NCBI GenBank assembly: GCA_965226585.1
Contig: OZ245366.1
Span: forward strand, 1,248,001-1,312,000
DNA length: 64,000 nt
Source: Thermodesulfobacteriota bacterium
GTDB taxonomy: Bacteria > Desulfobacterota_D > UBA1144 > Nemesobacterales > Mycalebacteriaceae
Direction of reading: 5' to 3'
The position numbers were made by a program, and so were the translations under genes. Positions 48,755 to 58,252 of the stretch are shown piece by piece. The stretch's first letter is position 1, and each line of letters starts with the position of its first letter. The notes beneath the pieces are model-generated. The model searched no databases and was not told the origin of the DNA. It was given only the letters and a program-made list of their open reading frames with translations.

Positions 48755-50563
48755 CTAAACCGGCTCCATAATAGTCCGTTTCTTTTCCAAATCCGCGCCC
48801 ACAACCCTCAGTTTCAGTTCCTGTCCGAGACTGAACCACTTTCTTCTGCCGCTTTGTTTCATCTTCTCGCGGGGCACAAAACCCTCGCAACACATCTCAC
48901 TCAACTCAAGAAACATCCCAAACGGCAAAACACTTATCACCTTGCCCGTCAAAGTTCTGCCCGTGAGCGTTTTCATAAAATTCGCGGTCTCAAGATTTAC
49001 CGTCTCCCTCTCAGCCTTCTCCGCGTTTCTCTCAAGAACCGAAGCCCGCTCGCACAAACCGTCAAGCGATTCCTGCGAATAGGATGTGCCGCCGTTCGCT
49101 ATGCGGTCAACCATCCGGTGCGCTATCACATCGGGGTAACGCCTTATCGGAGAGGTGAAGTGCGAATACATCTCAATGGCAAGCCCGAAATGCCCCAACT
49201 CGCGGGTTGAATAAACCGCCCTCTGAAGCGACTTGAGCACAAGCATATTGACCGCGCTCTCCTGTTTTCCACCCTTGAAATCGGAAAGCAATTTCTGAAT
49301 CGCCTTCCCGGTTATCCCGTCCGGCATATCCGCCTCATAACCCAGTTTGCCAAGTTCCGAAACAAGTTCGGAAGCAGAATCACCCGTTGGCGGCTCGTGA
49401 ACCCTGTACACACCGCAACCCGCGCTCTTACGCAGAAGCGTTCCAACCGCCCTGTTCGCAGATATCATAAACTGCTCTATTATCATGTTCGCAACGCCCC
49501 TCTGCGCGTTCCTTATCTCCGTTACCCTGCCTTGAGAATCCCTGACTATCTCCGGCTCCGGCAGGTCAAAATCCAACTCTCCGTTTGCCAAACTGCGCCT
49601 CTTTATCGCCCCGTAAAGATCCCTCATCATCTTGAGACTTTCTTTGACATCCGGCGACAGATTATCGCCGCTTCCGCTCTCAAGAAATGCCGTTACCTGA
49701 GAATAGGTTAAACGCGCCGCGCTGTTGATGATGCTGTTGTAGACATGAAAATCCTTTAACTCGCCGTCACGGGAAAACTCCATCTCCACCGTCTTGGTAA
49801 GCCGGTCTTGCTTCGGAACAAGACTACACAAATCGTTTGACAGCTCTTCGGGAAGCATCGGTATCACGCGGTTGTCAAGATAAACGCTCGTGCCTCGCGC
49901 CACCGCCTCTTTGTCAAGAGCGCCGCCCTCGGTAACGTAGTGCGAAACATCCGCGATGCACACCCACAGAGAATAGCCGGAGCCCTCTTTTCTGATGCCA
50001 ACCGCATCGTCATAATCCTTTGCGTCATCGCCGTCTATTGTGAAAATGGTTTTCTTTCTGAGGTCAACCCTGCCGGCGGTGAACTCTTCGGGACGCGCGC
50101 GGCAAACATCTTTTGCGTGGCTCAAAACCTCAGGCGGAAACTCGCCCGGAAGCGAGTATTTGTATTCAATCGCCTTCTTTTCCGTCTCATACTCGCCCGC
50201 CCTTCCGATAATCTTCTCCACACTCACAACCGGAACCGCGTCTTTCATTCCCCGGTACCGGACAACGGCAAGGTAGCCGGGTCTCATTTTCGGTTCCTGT
50301 GACGGGTCAGAAATAAACGCGTGCGGAAAATCTTCGCCCCTGGGAATAAGACGCAAGCCTTCCGGACCCTCAACCGCTTTGGCAAGAAAAACAGACGAAA
50401 TCCCTTCTCCCGAAACACGTCTCGGTTTGCCCGGTTTTCCCTTTGCTCCCCCGGGGCGTGAAGACGCGGAGCGGGAGCGGTTTGAGGGCGGTTTCGGTTT
50501 GCCCGAATGCGGTTTTGCTCCGCCGGACGGGCGGGGGCGGCGGCCTCCTCTTTTTCGGGTCAT
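48755..50563 (-). CDS. rnr: Ribonuclease R (RNB family)
   Basis: FTIDGDDAKDYDDA, IADVSHYV, RGTSVY, CSLVP, HFTSPIRRYPD, C-terminal S1 domain; basic N-terminal tail. Confidence 0.93.
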   Translation of the reverse strand: MTRKRGGRRPRPSGGAKPHSGKPKPPSNRSRSASSRPGGAKGKPGKPRRVSGEGISSVFLAKAVEGPEGLRLIPRGEDFPHAFISDPSQEPKMRPGYLAVVRYRGMKDAVPVVSVEKIIGRAGEYETEKKAIEYKYSLPGEFPPEVLSHAKDVCRARPEEFTAGRVDLRKKTIFTIDGDDAKDYDDAVGIRKEGSGYSLWVCIADVSHYVTEGGALDKEAVARGTSVYLDNRVIPMLPEELSNDLCSLVPKQDRLTKTVEMEFSRDGELKDFHVYNSIINSAARLTYSQVTAFLESGSGDNLSPDVKESLKMMRDLYGAIKRRSLANGELDFDLPEPEIVRDSQGRVTEIRNAQRGVANMIIEQFMISANRAVGTLLRKSAGCGVYRVHEPPTGDSASELVSELGKLGYEADMPDGITGKAIQKLLSDFKGGKQESAVNMLVLKSLQRAVYSTRELGHFGLAIEMYSHFTSPIRRYPDVIAHRMVDRIANGGTSYSQESLDGLCERASVLERNAEKAERETVNLETANFMKTLTGRTLTGKVISVLPFGMFLELSEMCCEGFVPREKMKQSGRRKWFSLGQELKLRVVGADLEKKRTIMEPV

Positions 50564-50759
50564 ATTGCCAAAACCCGCCGGGCGCGAAGACTCGGCGATT
50601 CAGGAACCGTATTTGGATTTGAGTTTGAAAAAAGTCTCACAAGAACCTTGGCGGAACGGGTCCGCAAAACACAGTCTACACGGTATAAGCGGATTTTTCT
50701 CAAAAAACCCCCGAAGGCGGTCTTGAAAACAAAACCCCTTTGTATAGATTGTGTCTGAA

Positions 50760-50942
50760 ATGCTTAAAACAAACATCCCGGGCGGAATCGCGGTTGTCGC
50801 TCTTATATTCTCAGTCGTTGGCTTCGGCATATCGCTCAACACTTCAATAAACTGGGATCTCTACTTCAAAATCATCGGCTCGGTCGGAGGCATCGCCCTC
50901 ACGGTCGCCATTATCGCGCGTTTTATCCCCTCATCGGAATAA
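50760..50942 (+). CDS. Small two-TM membrane protein, unknown function
   Basis: Two hydrophobic stretches (IAVVALIFSVVGFGISL; IIGSVGGIALTVAIIA); occupies an otherwise empty gap. Confidence 0.6.
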   Translation: MLKTNIPGGIAVVALIFSVVGFGISLNTSINWDLYFKIIGSVGGIALTVAIIARFIPSSE

Positions 50943-50949
50943 CCGCCGC

Positions 50950-52350
50950 TCAAAGTATCACGCGCGGCGTTATGAAGAGAAGCAGTTCTCTCTCCACAGT
51001 CTGCCTTTTTGAACTTCTGAACACGTGCCCGACAATCGGAATTGCAGACAGAATGGGAACACGCGAAACGTTGTTGCTGACTGTCGTGGTAACTATTCCG
51101 CCGAGAACTATGGTTTCTCCGTCTTCGGCAAGAACCCTTGTTCTGGCTTCGTTTCTCCTGATTGACGGCTGAGAGCCGACCGAGAAAGTCGCGTCGGGCG
51201 AGTTGTCTGTGATGTGAATGTCCATAAAGATGTTGCCGTCATTGGTGATTTTGGGCTTCACCTCAAGGCTCAAAGTTGCGTCCGCGAATTCTGTTTTTGT
51301 TCCCTGCTCCGAAACTGTTGAAAACGGGATTGAAATTCCCTGCTCTATGCGCGCCACCCAGTTGTCTACGGTGATGATTTTCGGAGATGAGAGGATTTTC
51401 ACTTTGCCGCTTGCTTCAAGGGCGGAAAGCCGCACGTCAAGGTCGAAAGTGCCGGCAAGGTTTCCGAGAACAACCCCAAGCGTTCCCCCGCTTCCGGCTC
51501 CGGCGGCGGCGGGCATGTCAACTATGAAGCCGTCTCCCACGCTTCCAAACGGGCTGTCTATTCTTGCCCCGCCGATGTTTATGCTTGAAGGAAACGCGGC
51601 TCCGGTGTTCTTGCTCGTGTAATGGGCTCCCCACTGAATGCCCAGTTCCCTTGAGAAATCCGTTCCCGCCTGCACAATGCGCGACTCTATCAGTATCTTC
51701 GGCGTGGGCTTGTCGAGCGAACTGACTATGTTTTTGATTCTCTCTATGTTGAGCGGAGTCTCAAGAACCACGATGCTGTTTGTTCTTTCGTCAACCGCCA
51801 CTTTTCCCCTTTTCGTGAGAAGGCTTTTCACCGCCGCCGCCATTTCCCTCGCGGTCGCGTAGTTCACAAAAAACTGTTTGGAAACAAGTTTCTCGGTTTT
51901 CTCAACAAGCAGAGCGGTGTCTGAGGTCTGCCGCCGCCTTTTGCTTATGTTTTCAAGAGACGAGACTTTGATAACGTCTCCCTCAACAAACGCGCCGAGA
52001 CTGCTTTGCTCAAGCACGATGGCAAGCGCCTGATCCCACGGAATATTGCGCAGTTCCATGTCAACCGTTCCGCTCACGTCTCCGGTCATGATGATGCTGA
52101 ATTTGCCGATTTGCGCGATGTGCCTCACAACCTCCCGCGCTGAGGCTCCCTTGTACACAAACACTCCTTTTTCGCCCCTGTACACGGTTGCGTCTGAGCC
52201 GAGCGATGAAGCCCGGAAGTCAAACGCCCACATCTTTCCGTACGAAGACGGCTCAGCCCCTGTGGCGGAATCCCCCGCGCCTGCGGCGGGAAAAGCGGTT
52301 GCCGCAAACAGCGCGGCAAATCCGCAGAGCAGGTAAGTTTTCAACTTCAT
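50950..52350 (-). CDS. pilQ: Type IV pilus / DNA-uptake secretin (short, HofQ-like)
   Basis: Signal peptide; IPWDQAL, VDERTNSI, LD.PT..ILIESRIV, LGIQWG, DGETIVLGG, ELLLFITPR. Confidence 0.92.
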   Translation of the reverse strand: MKLKTYLLCGFAALFAATAFPAAGAGDSATGAEPSSYGKMWAFDFRASSLGSDATVYRGEKGVFVYKGASAREVVRHIAQIGKFSIIMTGDVSGTVDMELRNIPWDQALAIVLEQSSLGAFVEGDVIKVSSLENISKRRRQTSDTALLVEKTEKLVSKQFFVNYATAREMAAAVKSLLTKRGKVAVDERTNSIVVLETPLNIERIKNIVSSLDKPTPKILIESRIVQAGTDFSRELGIQWGAHYTSKNTGAAFPSSINIGGARIDSPFGSVGDGFIVDMPAAAGAGSGGTLGVVLGNLAGTFDLDVRLSALEASGKVKILSSPKIITVDNWVARIEQGISIPFSTVSEQGTKTEFADATLSLEVKPKITNDGNIFMDIHITDNSPDATFSVGSQPSIRRNEARTRVLAEDGETIVLGGIVTTTVSNNVSRVPILSAIPIVGHVFRSSKRQTVERELLLFITPRVIL

Positions 52351-52760
52351 TTTTTAAACGGGAAAAACACCTCTCCGCCCGCGCCCGAGGCTCTGCGGGT
52401 GACAATCCCTTCCTCCTTGATTTTCGCAACTTTCAAACCGAACGCCTCATCTCCTTCCTCAACCCACAGGGCGCGGCGTCCGGAAACCAGCATCGCGAAA
52501 TTCTTATCCATAAAACTCACAAACCCCGCAACCCTTAAAGACGGATTGCGCCACTGCTTCCGTTTGTCCTTCCCCGCCTTGCGGGCAGACGGGGCTTGCG
52601 CGAATGACGAAGATTCCCGCTCCGGCGGCTCATAAATTCCGGGGGCAAACACCGTCTTAAAATACAGCGCGCCTGTAACGGCTATCACGGCGGCGGCAAT
52701 AACCGCCGCGCGCGAGTAGCGTCTGCGTCTGCCGGATTTGGCAAGGTTTATCTCTATCAT
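52347..52760 (-). CDS. Small membrane-anchored pilus assembly protein (PilN-like N-terminus, PilP-like C-terminus)
   Basis: MIEINL start plus TM helix; C-terminal LRVAGFV..AML..V.EGD..KV.KI...GI; sits between pilM and pilQ. Confidence 0.6.
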   Translation of the reverse strand: MIEINLAKSGRRRRYSRAAVIAAAVIAVTGALYFKTVFAPGIYEPPERESSSFAQAPSARKAGKDKRKQWRNPSLRVAGFVSFMDKNFAMLVSGRRALWVEEGDEAFGLKVAKIKEEGIVTRRASGAGGEVFFPFKK

Positions 52761-52771
52761 TGGACTGAAAA

Positions 52772-53827
52772 CTACCCCGTCATCCTCAGCGCGAGCCCGA
52801 ACGCAACGGCGGATTTCGGAGACAGCCGCTTCATATGGTCTCCGCCGTTCTCATCACACGCCGAACGGAGAGGGTCTGAATAAACTGTTTCCGCGCCAAG
52901 TGTTTCTGAAATGCCGCTCTCAAAACCGTGCAGAAGCGAGCCGCCGCCTGAGAGTAAAACCTTTTCCGCCTTTGCTCCGGAGCCGAGAAAGGTCTCAAGG
53001 TTGGATTTCACTTCACGCCCCAGAGATTCAGCAAACCCGCGCGCCGCGCTGAGAAACTCAGGCCTTGAGCCGCCTGAGAGCGAAACCTTTTCCTTTTCCG
53101 CCTCTTCCGCGGTCATGCCTCCCTCACCGGCGATTTTGGAAGTCAGACTGCCGGAGCCGTGGGGCAAATCTCTCATAAGAACCGTCTTTTTCCCCTCAAG
53201 AACCGCAAAATTGGTCGCGCCCCGCCCAACGTTCAGAAGAACCGCAAGCCCGTCCGGCGGCGTTGATGTTCGCAAGTGCGAATTGACAAGCGCGAAGCAG
53301 TCGCAGTCAACAACGGAGGGAACAAAACCCGCTGATGAAAGAGCGCGGGAACACAGGGAAACGGCATCGCTTTTTGCCACCGCAATAAAAATGTCTTCGG
53401 GGCTGTCCGGGTCTTTCCAGAAGTCGTAACGCAAGCCGTCCATCCCTTCGGGGAAAAACCGGCTCAAATGGAGCAGAACTTCATCTTTCACCACGCGGCG
53501 CGGCGCGTCTGCCGAAACCTTCAGCCTGCTTGTGAAAACCTCTCCGCCCGAAACCGACACCGCCGCCCTCGCTCCCCTGATGCCGAGGTCGTCTCGCAGG
53601 AAAGAGAGGGACTGCCCTATGGAATCAAAATCCGCGCCGGAGCCGTGCACAATCTCGCCCGCGCTTACGGCAAAATCTTCGCCGCCGGAGCCGTTTCTCA
53701 AAACAACCGCTTTTACGGAATGGGAACCGATATCAATTCCAACTGCGGGTCTGAATACGGGAAAGCGGCGCGGAAATAAGCCCTTCAACTTCGCAATGCC
53801 GTCTACGATGAAGTCGGGTTGCTTCAT
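52772..53827 (-). CDS. pilM: Type IV pilus assembly protein PilM (actin-like)
   Basis: VGIDIGSHSVKAV, VVD...FAL.N, NVG...TN, LLSGGGS, AVAFGLALR. Confidence 0.9.
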   Translation of the reverse strand: MKQPDFIVDGIAKLKGLFPRRFPVFRPAVGIDIGSHSVKAVVLRNGSGGEDFAVSAGEIVHGSGADFDSIGQSLSFLRDDLGIRGARAAVSVSGGEVFTSRLKVSADAPRRVVKDEVLLHLSRFFPEGMDGLRYDFWKDPDSPEDIFIAVAKSDAVSLCSRALSSAGFVPSVVDCDCFALVNSHLRTSTPPDGLAVLLNVGRGATNFAVLEGKKTVLMRDLPHGSGSLTSKIAGEGGMTAEEAEKEKVSLSGGSRPEFLSAARGFAESLGREVKSNLETFLGSGAKAEKVLLSGGGSLLHGFESGISETLGAETVYSDPLRSACDENGGDHMKRLSPKSAVAFGLALRMTG

Positions 53828-53836
53828 AAGTGAGGG

Positions 53837-54613
53837 TCAACTGTTTTTCGAAATAAACTTGGAAATGGAAATTATCTTCTTGCCGCCCGCCTTTTTACCG
53901 TCTTCGGGCGCTTCGGCGGCGGGATTGTTGGCTTTTCTCTCTTCGGGATGGTCTTCAATTATCTCCTCAAGAATTTTGCGCATAACTTTAAGCGCGCCGA
54001 TGGAATGCTGTTTCATGTAGGGTCTTGTGTATCCCTTGTCTATGATGTCTTTCTGTCTTTTCTGCGTGAAGTAGTGGAGGATGAACACCTGGTTGTTCAG
54101 CACAACAAACAGGGCGAGATAGAGAAGAATGTTGTCTCTGAGCACCTTTTTCATTATCAGGGTTTTTGAGGAGTTTATCGTGATAACTCCGTAGGGATTT
54201 CCGTCCGCGCCCATAAGGAAGGGAACGGTAACGGAATACGTGCCGCCGCCGTCCACAACGCCGTAGCCCTTTTTGGGGGAATACAGACTGCCGCGAAATC
54301 CGGTTTCGCCGGTTTCACGCATGAACGCGACCCCGAAGGATGAAGGCGTAACGGTGAAGGTGTTGAGAACGCCCGCCTGCCCGTGCTTGCTTCTGAGGAA
54401 AGAGTAGAACTCTTTGCTTGTCGGTGCTTGTGTGTAGACCGCGAATTCTGCGGCATCATCACCTATGACTCTGGAAGCCGCGATGGTTTCGCGCACAACA
54501 TTTGCTTTTGCTTTGCTGAACTGGCTGTAGAAAACCGCGCCGATAAGAAAAAGTATCGCCGCTTCAACGAATAGTATCTTGTAGAAAAGTCCGAAATTTC
54601 CAATCAGGCGCAT
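53837..54613 (-). CDS. Hypothetical membrane protein (two TM helices around an extracytoplasmic domain, cytoplasmic tail)
   Basis: Hydrophobic segments near the N-terminus and around aa 160-182; overlaps the upstream regulator gene. Confidence 0.65.
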   Translation of the reverse strand: MRLIGNFGLFYKILFVEAAILFLIGAVFYSQFSKAKANVVRETIAASRVIGDDAAEFAVYTQAPTSKEFYSFLRSKHGQAGVLNTFTVTPSSFGVAFMRETGETGFRGSLYSPKKGYGVVDGGGTYSVTVPFLMGADGNPYGVITINSSKTLIMKKVLRDNILLYLALFVVLNNQVFILHYFTQKRQKDIIDKGYTRPYMKQHSIGALKVMRKILEEIIEDHPEERKANNPAAEAPEDGKKAGGKKIISISKFISKNS

Positions 54614-55017
54614 TTGAGAAATTCTTCAAGAATCTTTTTGGCCTCAGAGTTCTCATAGTGTTTGAACAGCATGAACACCATTCCGTTGAAGTCTTTTTTA
54701 ACCTCATCGTCCAGAACCCTGTAAAGCTTTACGAGATACCTCTCCTCGTTGGTTAGAATTTCAAGATCTTTCTCACCTACAAGTTCCTTCTCAAGGAACT
54801 TTTTCAGTTTCTCGCGCCGTGAGAAGTTCCATATCTCCTCCACGCCCACACGCAGGAACTGGGCAATCTGGTGGCATCTTTCACGGGAGGGGGAGTCTGC
54901 CTTGCCGGTTTCAATCTGGTGGATGTACACCTTCGAAACGCCAAGGTAGTGCGCAAGCGCGCCTTGAGTTACGCCCCTGTGTTTCCGCTTTGCCTTTAAG
55001 TAGTCGCCAAATGTCAT
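54604..55017 (-). CDS. XRE-family helix-turn-helix transcriptional regulator
   Basis: FGDYLK..R..RG.TQ..LA..LGVS..YI.QIE.G. Confidence 0.9.
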   Translation of the reverse strand: MTFGDYLKAKRKHRGVTQGALAHYLGVSKVYIHQIETGKADSPSRERCHQIAQFLRVGVEEIWNFSRREKLKKFLEKELVGEKDLEILTNEERYLVKLYRVLDDEVKKDFNGMVFMLFKHYENSEAKKILEEFLKCA

Positions 55018-55036
55018 AATAAAACCCCAACCGCCT

Positions 55037-55092
55037 GTTAAGTAAGATGGTTAAGTTCTTCAAATTTAGCCGGTTTTACGGGAATTTGTCAA
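55037..55092 (-). promoter_or_regulatory. Putative sigma70 promoter of the XRE-pil operon with a downstream direct repeat
   Basis: Minus strand TTGACA (55092-55087), 18 bp, TAAATT (55068-55063); GTTAAGT at 55037-55043 and 55050-55056. Confidence 0.6.
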
Positions 55093-55126
55093 TAGAGAGG
55101 GAAAGTTTGCTGTTTGGCGGAAAAGT

Positions 55127-55199
<73 letters not shown>

Positions 55200-55250
55200 A
55201 CAGAAAAATCAAAACCAATTTACAGCACTGCCTCTTTTTTCCGGGCGCGC

Positions 55251-55607
<357 letters not shown>

Positions 55608-55671
55608 TTATATTAATGAAAGCCCGCATAAAAACCAAATCACTGCCGGCACGGGCGGACAGGGGAAAATT

Positions 55672-56637
55672 TCAGTCTATCTTTGCGTTTTCCGCATCCC
55701 GCAGAAGGTCTTTCGGCACACTGAAATGGACACTTTCCTTCACTCCGCCCGTTTCTGTAACAACCGCTCCGCCCGTCCACTCTCTCAAACGTGAAGCGAT
55801 GTCTTTCACTATGGCTTCGGGCGCGGAAGCCCCCGCCGTGAGCCCTATTTTGCTCGCCCCTTCAAGCCACCCGCGGTCTATGTCGTCTGCGCTGTCTACA
55901 AGGTAGGCGCGCGCTCCAAGCAGGCGGGCAACCTCTTTCAAGCGGTTTGAGTTGGAACTTGCCACAGAGCCGACAACAAAAACCACATCGCAGTCCGCCG
56001 CCATCGCCTTAACGGCGTCCTGCCGGTTTTGCGTGGCGTAGCAAATGTCGTCTTTTTTCGGCAGGCGGATTTGCGGAAACTTTTCGCGAAGCAGTCTTAC
56101 AAGTTCCCGCGTGTCGTCAACCGAAAGCGTGGTCTGTGTTACATAAGCCAGCTTTGAAGGGTCTTTCACTTTCAGGGCGGATATGTCGCCTGAGTTTTCC
56201 ACAAGGTATATCCCGCCGTCCGACTGCCCGAGCGTTCCCTCAACTTCGGGATGACCCTTGTGCCCTATCATCACAATTTCGTATCCGCCCGCGCGAAGGC
56301 GCGAAACTTCGGCGTGAATCCGCGAAACAAGCGGGCAGGTGGCGTCATATATCTTGAGTCCGCCGTCTTCGGCGGCTTTGCGGACACTGCGGGAAACTCC
56401 GTGCGCGGAATAAACAAGCGGCATTCCCGCCGGAACATCCGAGGGGTCTTCTATAAAAATCACCCCGCGCTTTTTGAAATCGTCCACAACCGTTCTGTTG
56501 TGAACAATCTCGTGTTTTACATAAACCGGCGCGCCGTGCTTTTCCAGAACCTTCTCAACAATGGTTATCGCCCTTTCAACCCCGGCGCAGAAACCGCGCG
56601 GGCTTATGAGAAAAACAGAACTGCCGGAGCCGCTCAA
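55672..56637 (-). CDS. ispH: 4-hydroxy-3-methylbut-2-enyl diphosphate reductase
   Basis: PRGFCAGVERA, IVHN, DATCPLV, GHPEV, QTTLS, ICYATQNRQ, SSNS, TAGASAP. Confidence 0.98.
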   Translation of the reverse strand: MSGSGSSVFLISPRGFCAGVERAITIVEKVLEKHGAPVYVKHEIVHNRTVVDDFKKRGVIFIEDPSDVPAGMPLVYSAHGVSRSVRKAAEDGGLKIYDATCPLVSRIHAEVSRLRAGGYEIVMIGHKGHPEVEGTLGQSDGGIYLVENSGDISALKVKDPSKLAYVTQTTLSVDDTRELVRLLREKFPQIRLPKKDDICYATQNRQDAVKAMAADCDVVFVVGSVASSNSNRLKEVARLLGARAYLVDSADDIDRGWLEGASKIGLTAGASAPEAIVKDIASRLREWTGGAVVTETGGVKESVHFSVPKDLLRDAENAKID

Positions 56638-57968
56638 TCAACCAATTCCCCGCGCAGAGAGTTGGCGAGCCCCTCCATCACGCGCACACGGGCGAGAGTT
56701 CCGGTGAGCGCGGGGTCGCCGGTGAAGTTCACTATTCTGTTGTGGGTTGTGCGCCCGGTCATCAAACCGCTTCCGCGTTTGCTTGAGCCGGAAACAAGCA
56801 CCTCTTCACACGCGCCCTCACGCGAGCGGTTGCTCTCAAGGGTTATCTCCCTCTGCCTTGTTTGATAGACGGCAAGCCGCCTCTCCGATTCCTGAGGGCT
56901 TATCTGCCCGGGGGCGTCTGATGCGGGAGTTCCGGGGCGTTTTGAATATTTGAAGGAGTAGGCGGCGTCAAAACGCACTTTATCAAGAAACTCCATCGTT
57001 TCAGAAAAGTTGCGCTCCGTCTCTCCGGGAAAGCCGAGTATCATGTCGGTTGAAACGGTTATGCCGGGAATTGAGTCTCTAAGGCGGTCAACCACTCCGG
57101 CGTACCAGCCGGTTGTGTAGGTGCGGTTCATCAGTTTCAGCACATCGTCTGAGCCGGACTGTATCGGAAGGTGTATGTGGTCGCACACTTGCGGAACCTC
57201 TTTCATCGCGTCTATCATCTTTTTCGTAACATCACGCACAAACGGGCTTGTGAAACGTATCCTCTCAACCCCTTCAATATCGCCCGCTATGCGGAGAAGG
57301 TCGCCGAACTTTTTGCCGTCATGCTTCCACGAATTGACCGTCTGCCCGACAAAAACAATCTCTCTCGCCCCTTTTGACACGAGAAGCTCAATCTCGCGCT
57401 CTATGCCGTCAAGCGGGCGGTTTATCTCCGTTCCCCTCACGGACGGCACTATGCAGTAGGCGCATTTCTTGTTGCATCCCTGCTGAACAGACACAAACGC
57501 GCTTACGCGGGATTTGTCGTGAGCGGGCGAGATTTCAAAAGTTTCAAGAACATCAAAAGAAGTTTCGGTTTTTCCGGCGCGGTCTATCTCTCTCGACCGC
57601 TCTATGTCTGCGATGATTGCCGGAAGTTTCGGTATCCCTCTGGGCCCGATTACAAAATCCAGATGCGGATTCTTTTTTATAAGTTTTTCGCCGTAAAGCT
57701 GAGCCACACATCCCGCCATTCCGATAACCACGTCGGGCTTTGAGTCTTTGAGGCGTTTGAATTTGCCCAGACTGCTGAACGCCTTGTGGTCTGCCTTCTC
57801 CCTTATGGCGCAGGTGTTCACAACTATGTAGTCGGCGGATGAAGGGTCTGCCGTCTTTTCCGCCCCCAGCGCGGCGCGGATTCTGTCTGAGTCGTACTCG
57901 TTCATCTGACACCCGTAGGTCTCAATGTAGAGAAGCGGAGACTGTTGCGTGTTTGCTGTTTCTTTCAT
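56634..57968 (-). CDS. miaB: tRNA-2-methylthio-N6-dimethylallyladenosine synthase
   Basis: ETYGCQMNEYDS, NTCAIREKA, GCVAQ, CNKKCAYC radical-SAM motif, YS.RPGT, TRAM domain. Confidence 0.96.
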   Translation of the reverse strand: MKETANTQQSPLLYIETYGCQMNEYDSDRIRAALGAEKTADPSSADYIVVNTCAIREKADHKAFSSLGKFKRLKDSKPDVVIGMAGCVAQLYGEKLIKKNPHLDFVIGPRGIPKLPAIIADIERSREIDRAGKTETSFDVLETFEISPAHDKSRVSAFVSVQQGCNKKCAYCIVPSVRGTEINRPLDGIEREIELLVSKGAREIVFVGQTVNSWKHDGKKFGDLLRIAGDIEGVERIRFTSPFVRDVTKKMIDAMKEVPQVCDHIHLPIQSGSDDVLKLMNRTYTTGWYAGVVDRLRDSIPGITVSTDMILGFPGETERNFSETMEFLDKVRFDAAYSFKYSKRPGTPASDAPGQISPQESERRLAVYQTRQREITLESNRSREGACEEVLVSGSSKRGSGLMTGRTTHNRIVNFTGDPALTGTLARVRVMEGLANSLRGELVD

Positions 57969-58039
57969 ATTGTAAAAACCGGCGATATTATTTACATAAT
58001 ATAGACCCGTTTATAAAGTGGCGCGGACACAAAGCCGGA

Positions 58040-58249
58040 ATGAAAATGAAAAACAACGGACACTGGAAAATCTTTCTGCCCCTCACTGTCGTGATAGCGG
58101 GCTTTGCGTTTGTGCCCGCGATTGTGGGCGAAGGCGTTACAGAGCCGAACCTTTTCGGAATACCGCGAACGCTTTGGGTAAGCATGGGAATCTCGCTCTG
58201 CATATATGTTGTTCTGATAGCGGCGATGATTATGTCAAAAGAGAGTTGA
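58040..58249 (+). CDS. Small two-TM protein, probable partner of the SSS transporter
   Basis: MKMKNNGHWKIF...EPNLFGIP..LW...; ends 3 bp before the SSS gene, a common arrangement. Confidence 0.7.
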   Translation: MKMKNNGHWKIFLPLTVVIAGFAFVPAIVGEGVTEPNLFGIPRTLWVSMGISLCIYVVLIAAMIMSKES

Positions 58250-58252
58250 AGG

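Noticed and set aside
50564..50750. Structured ncRNA in the rnr upstream region
   Set aside because: Only short imperfect inverted repeats, and no family I can recognise. An Rfam scan would be needed.
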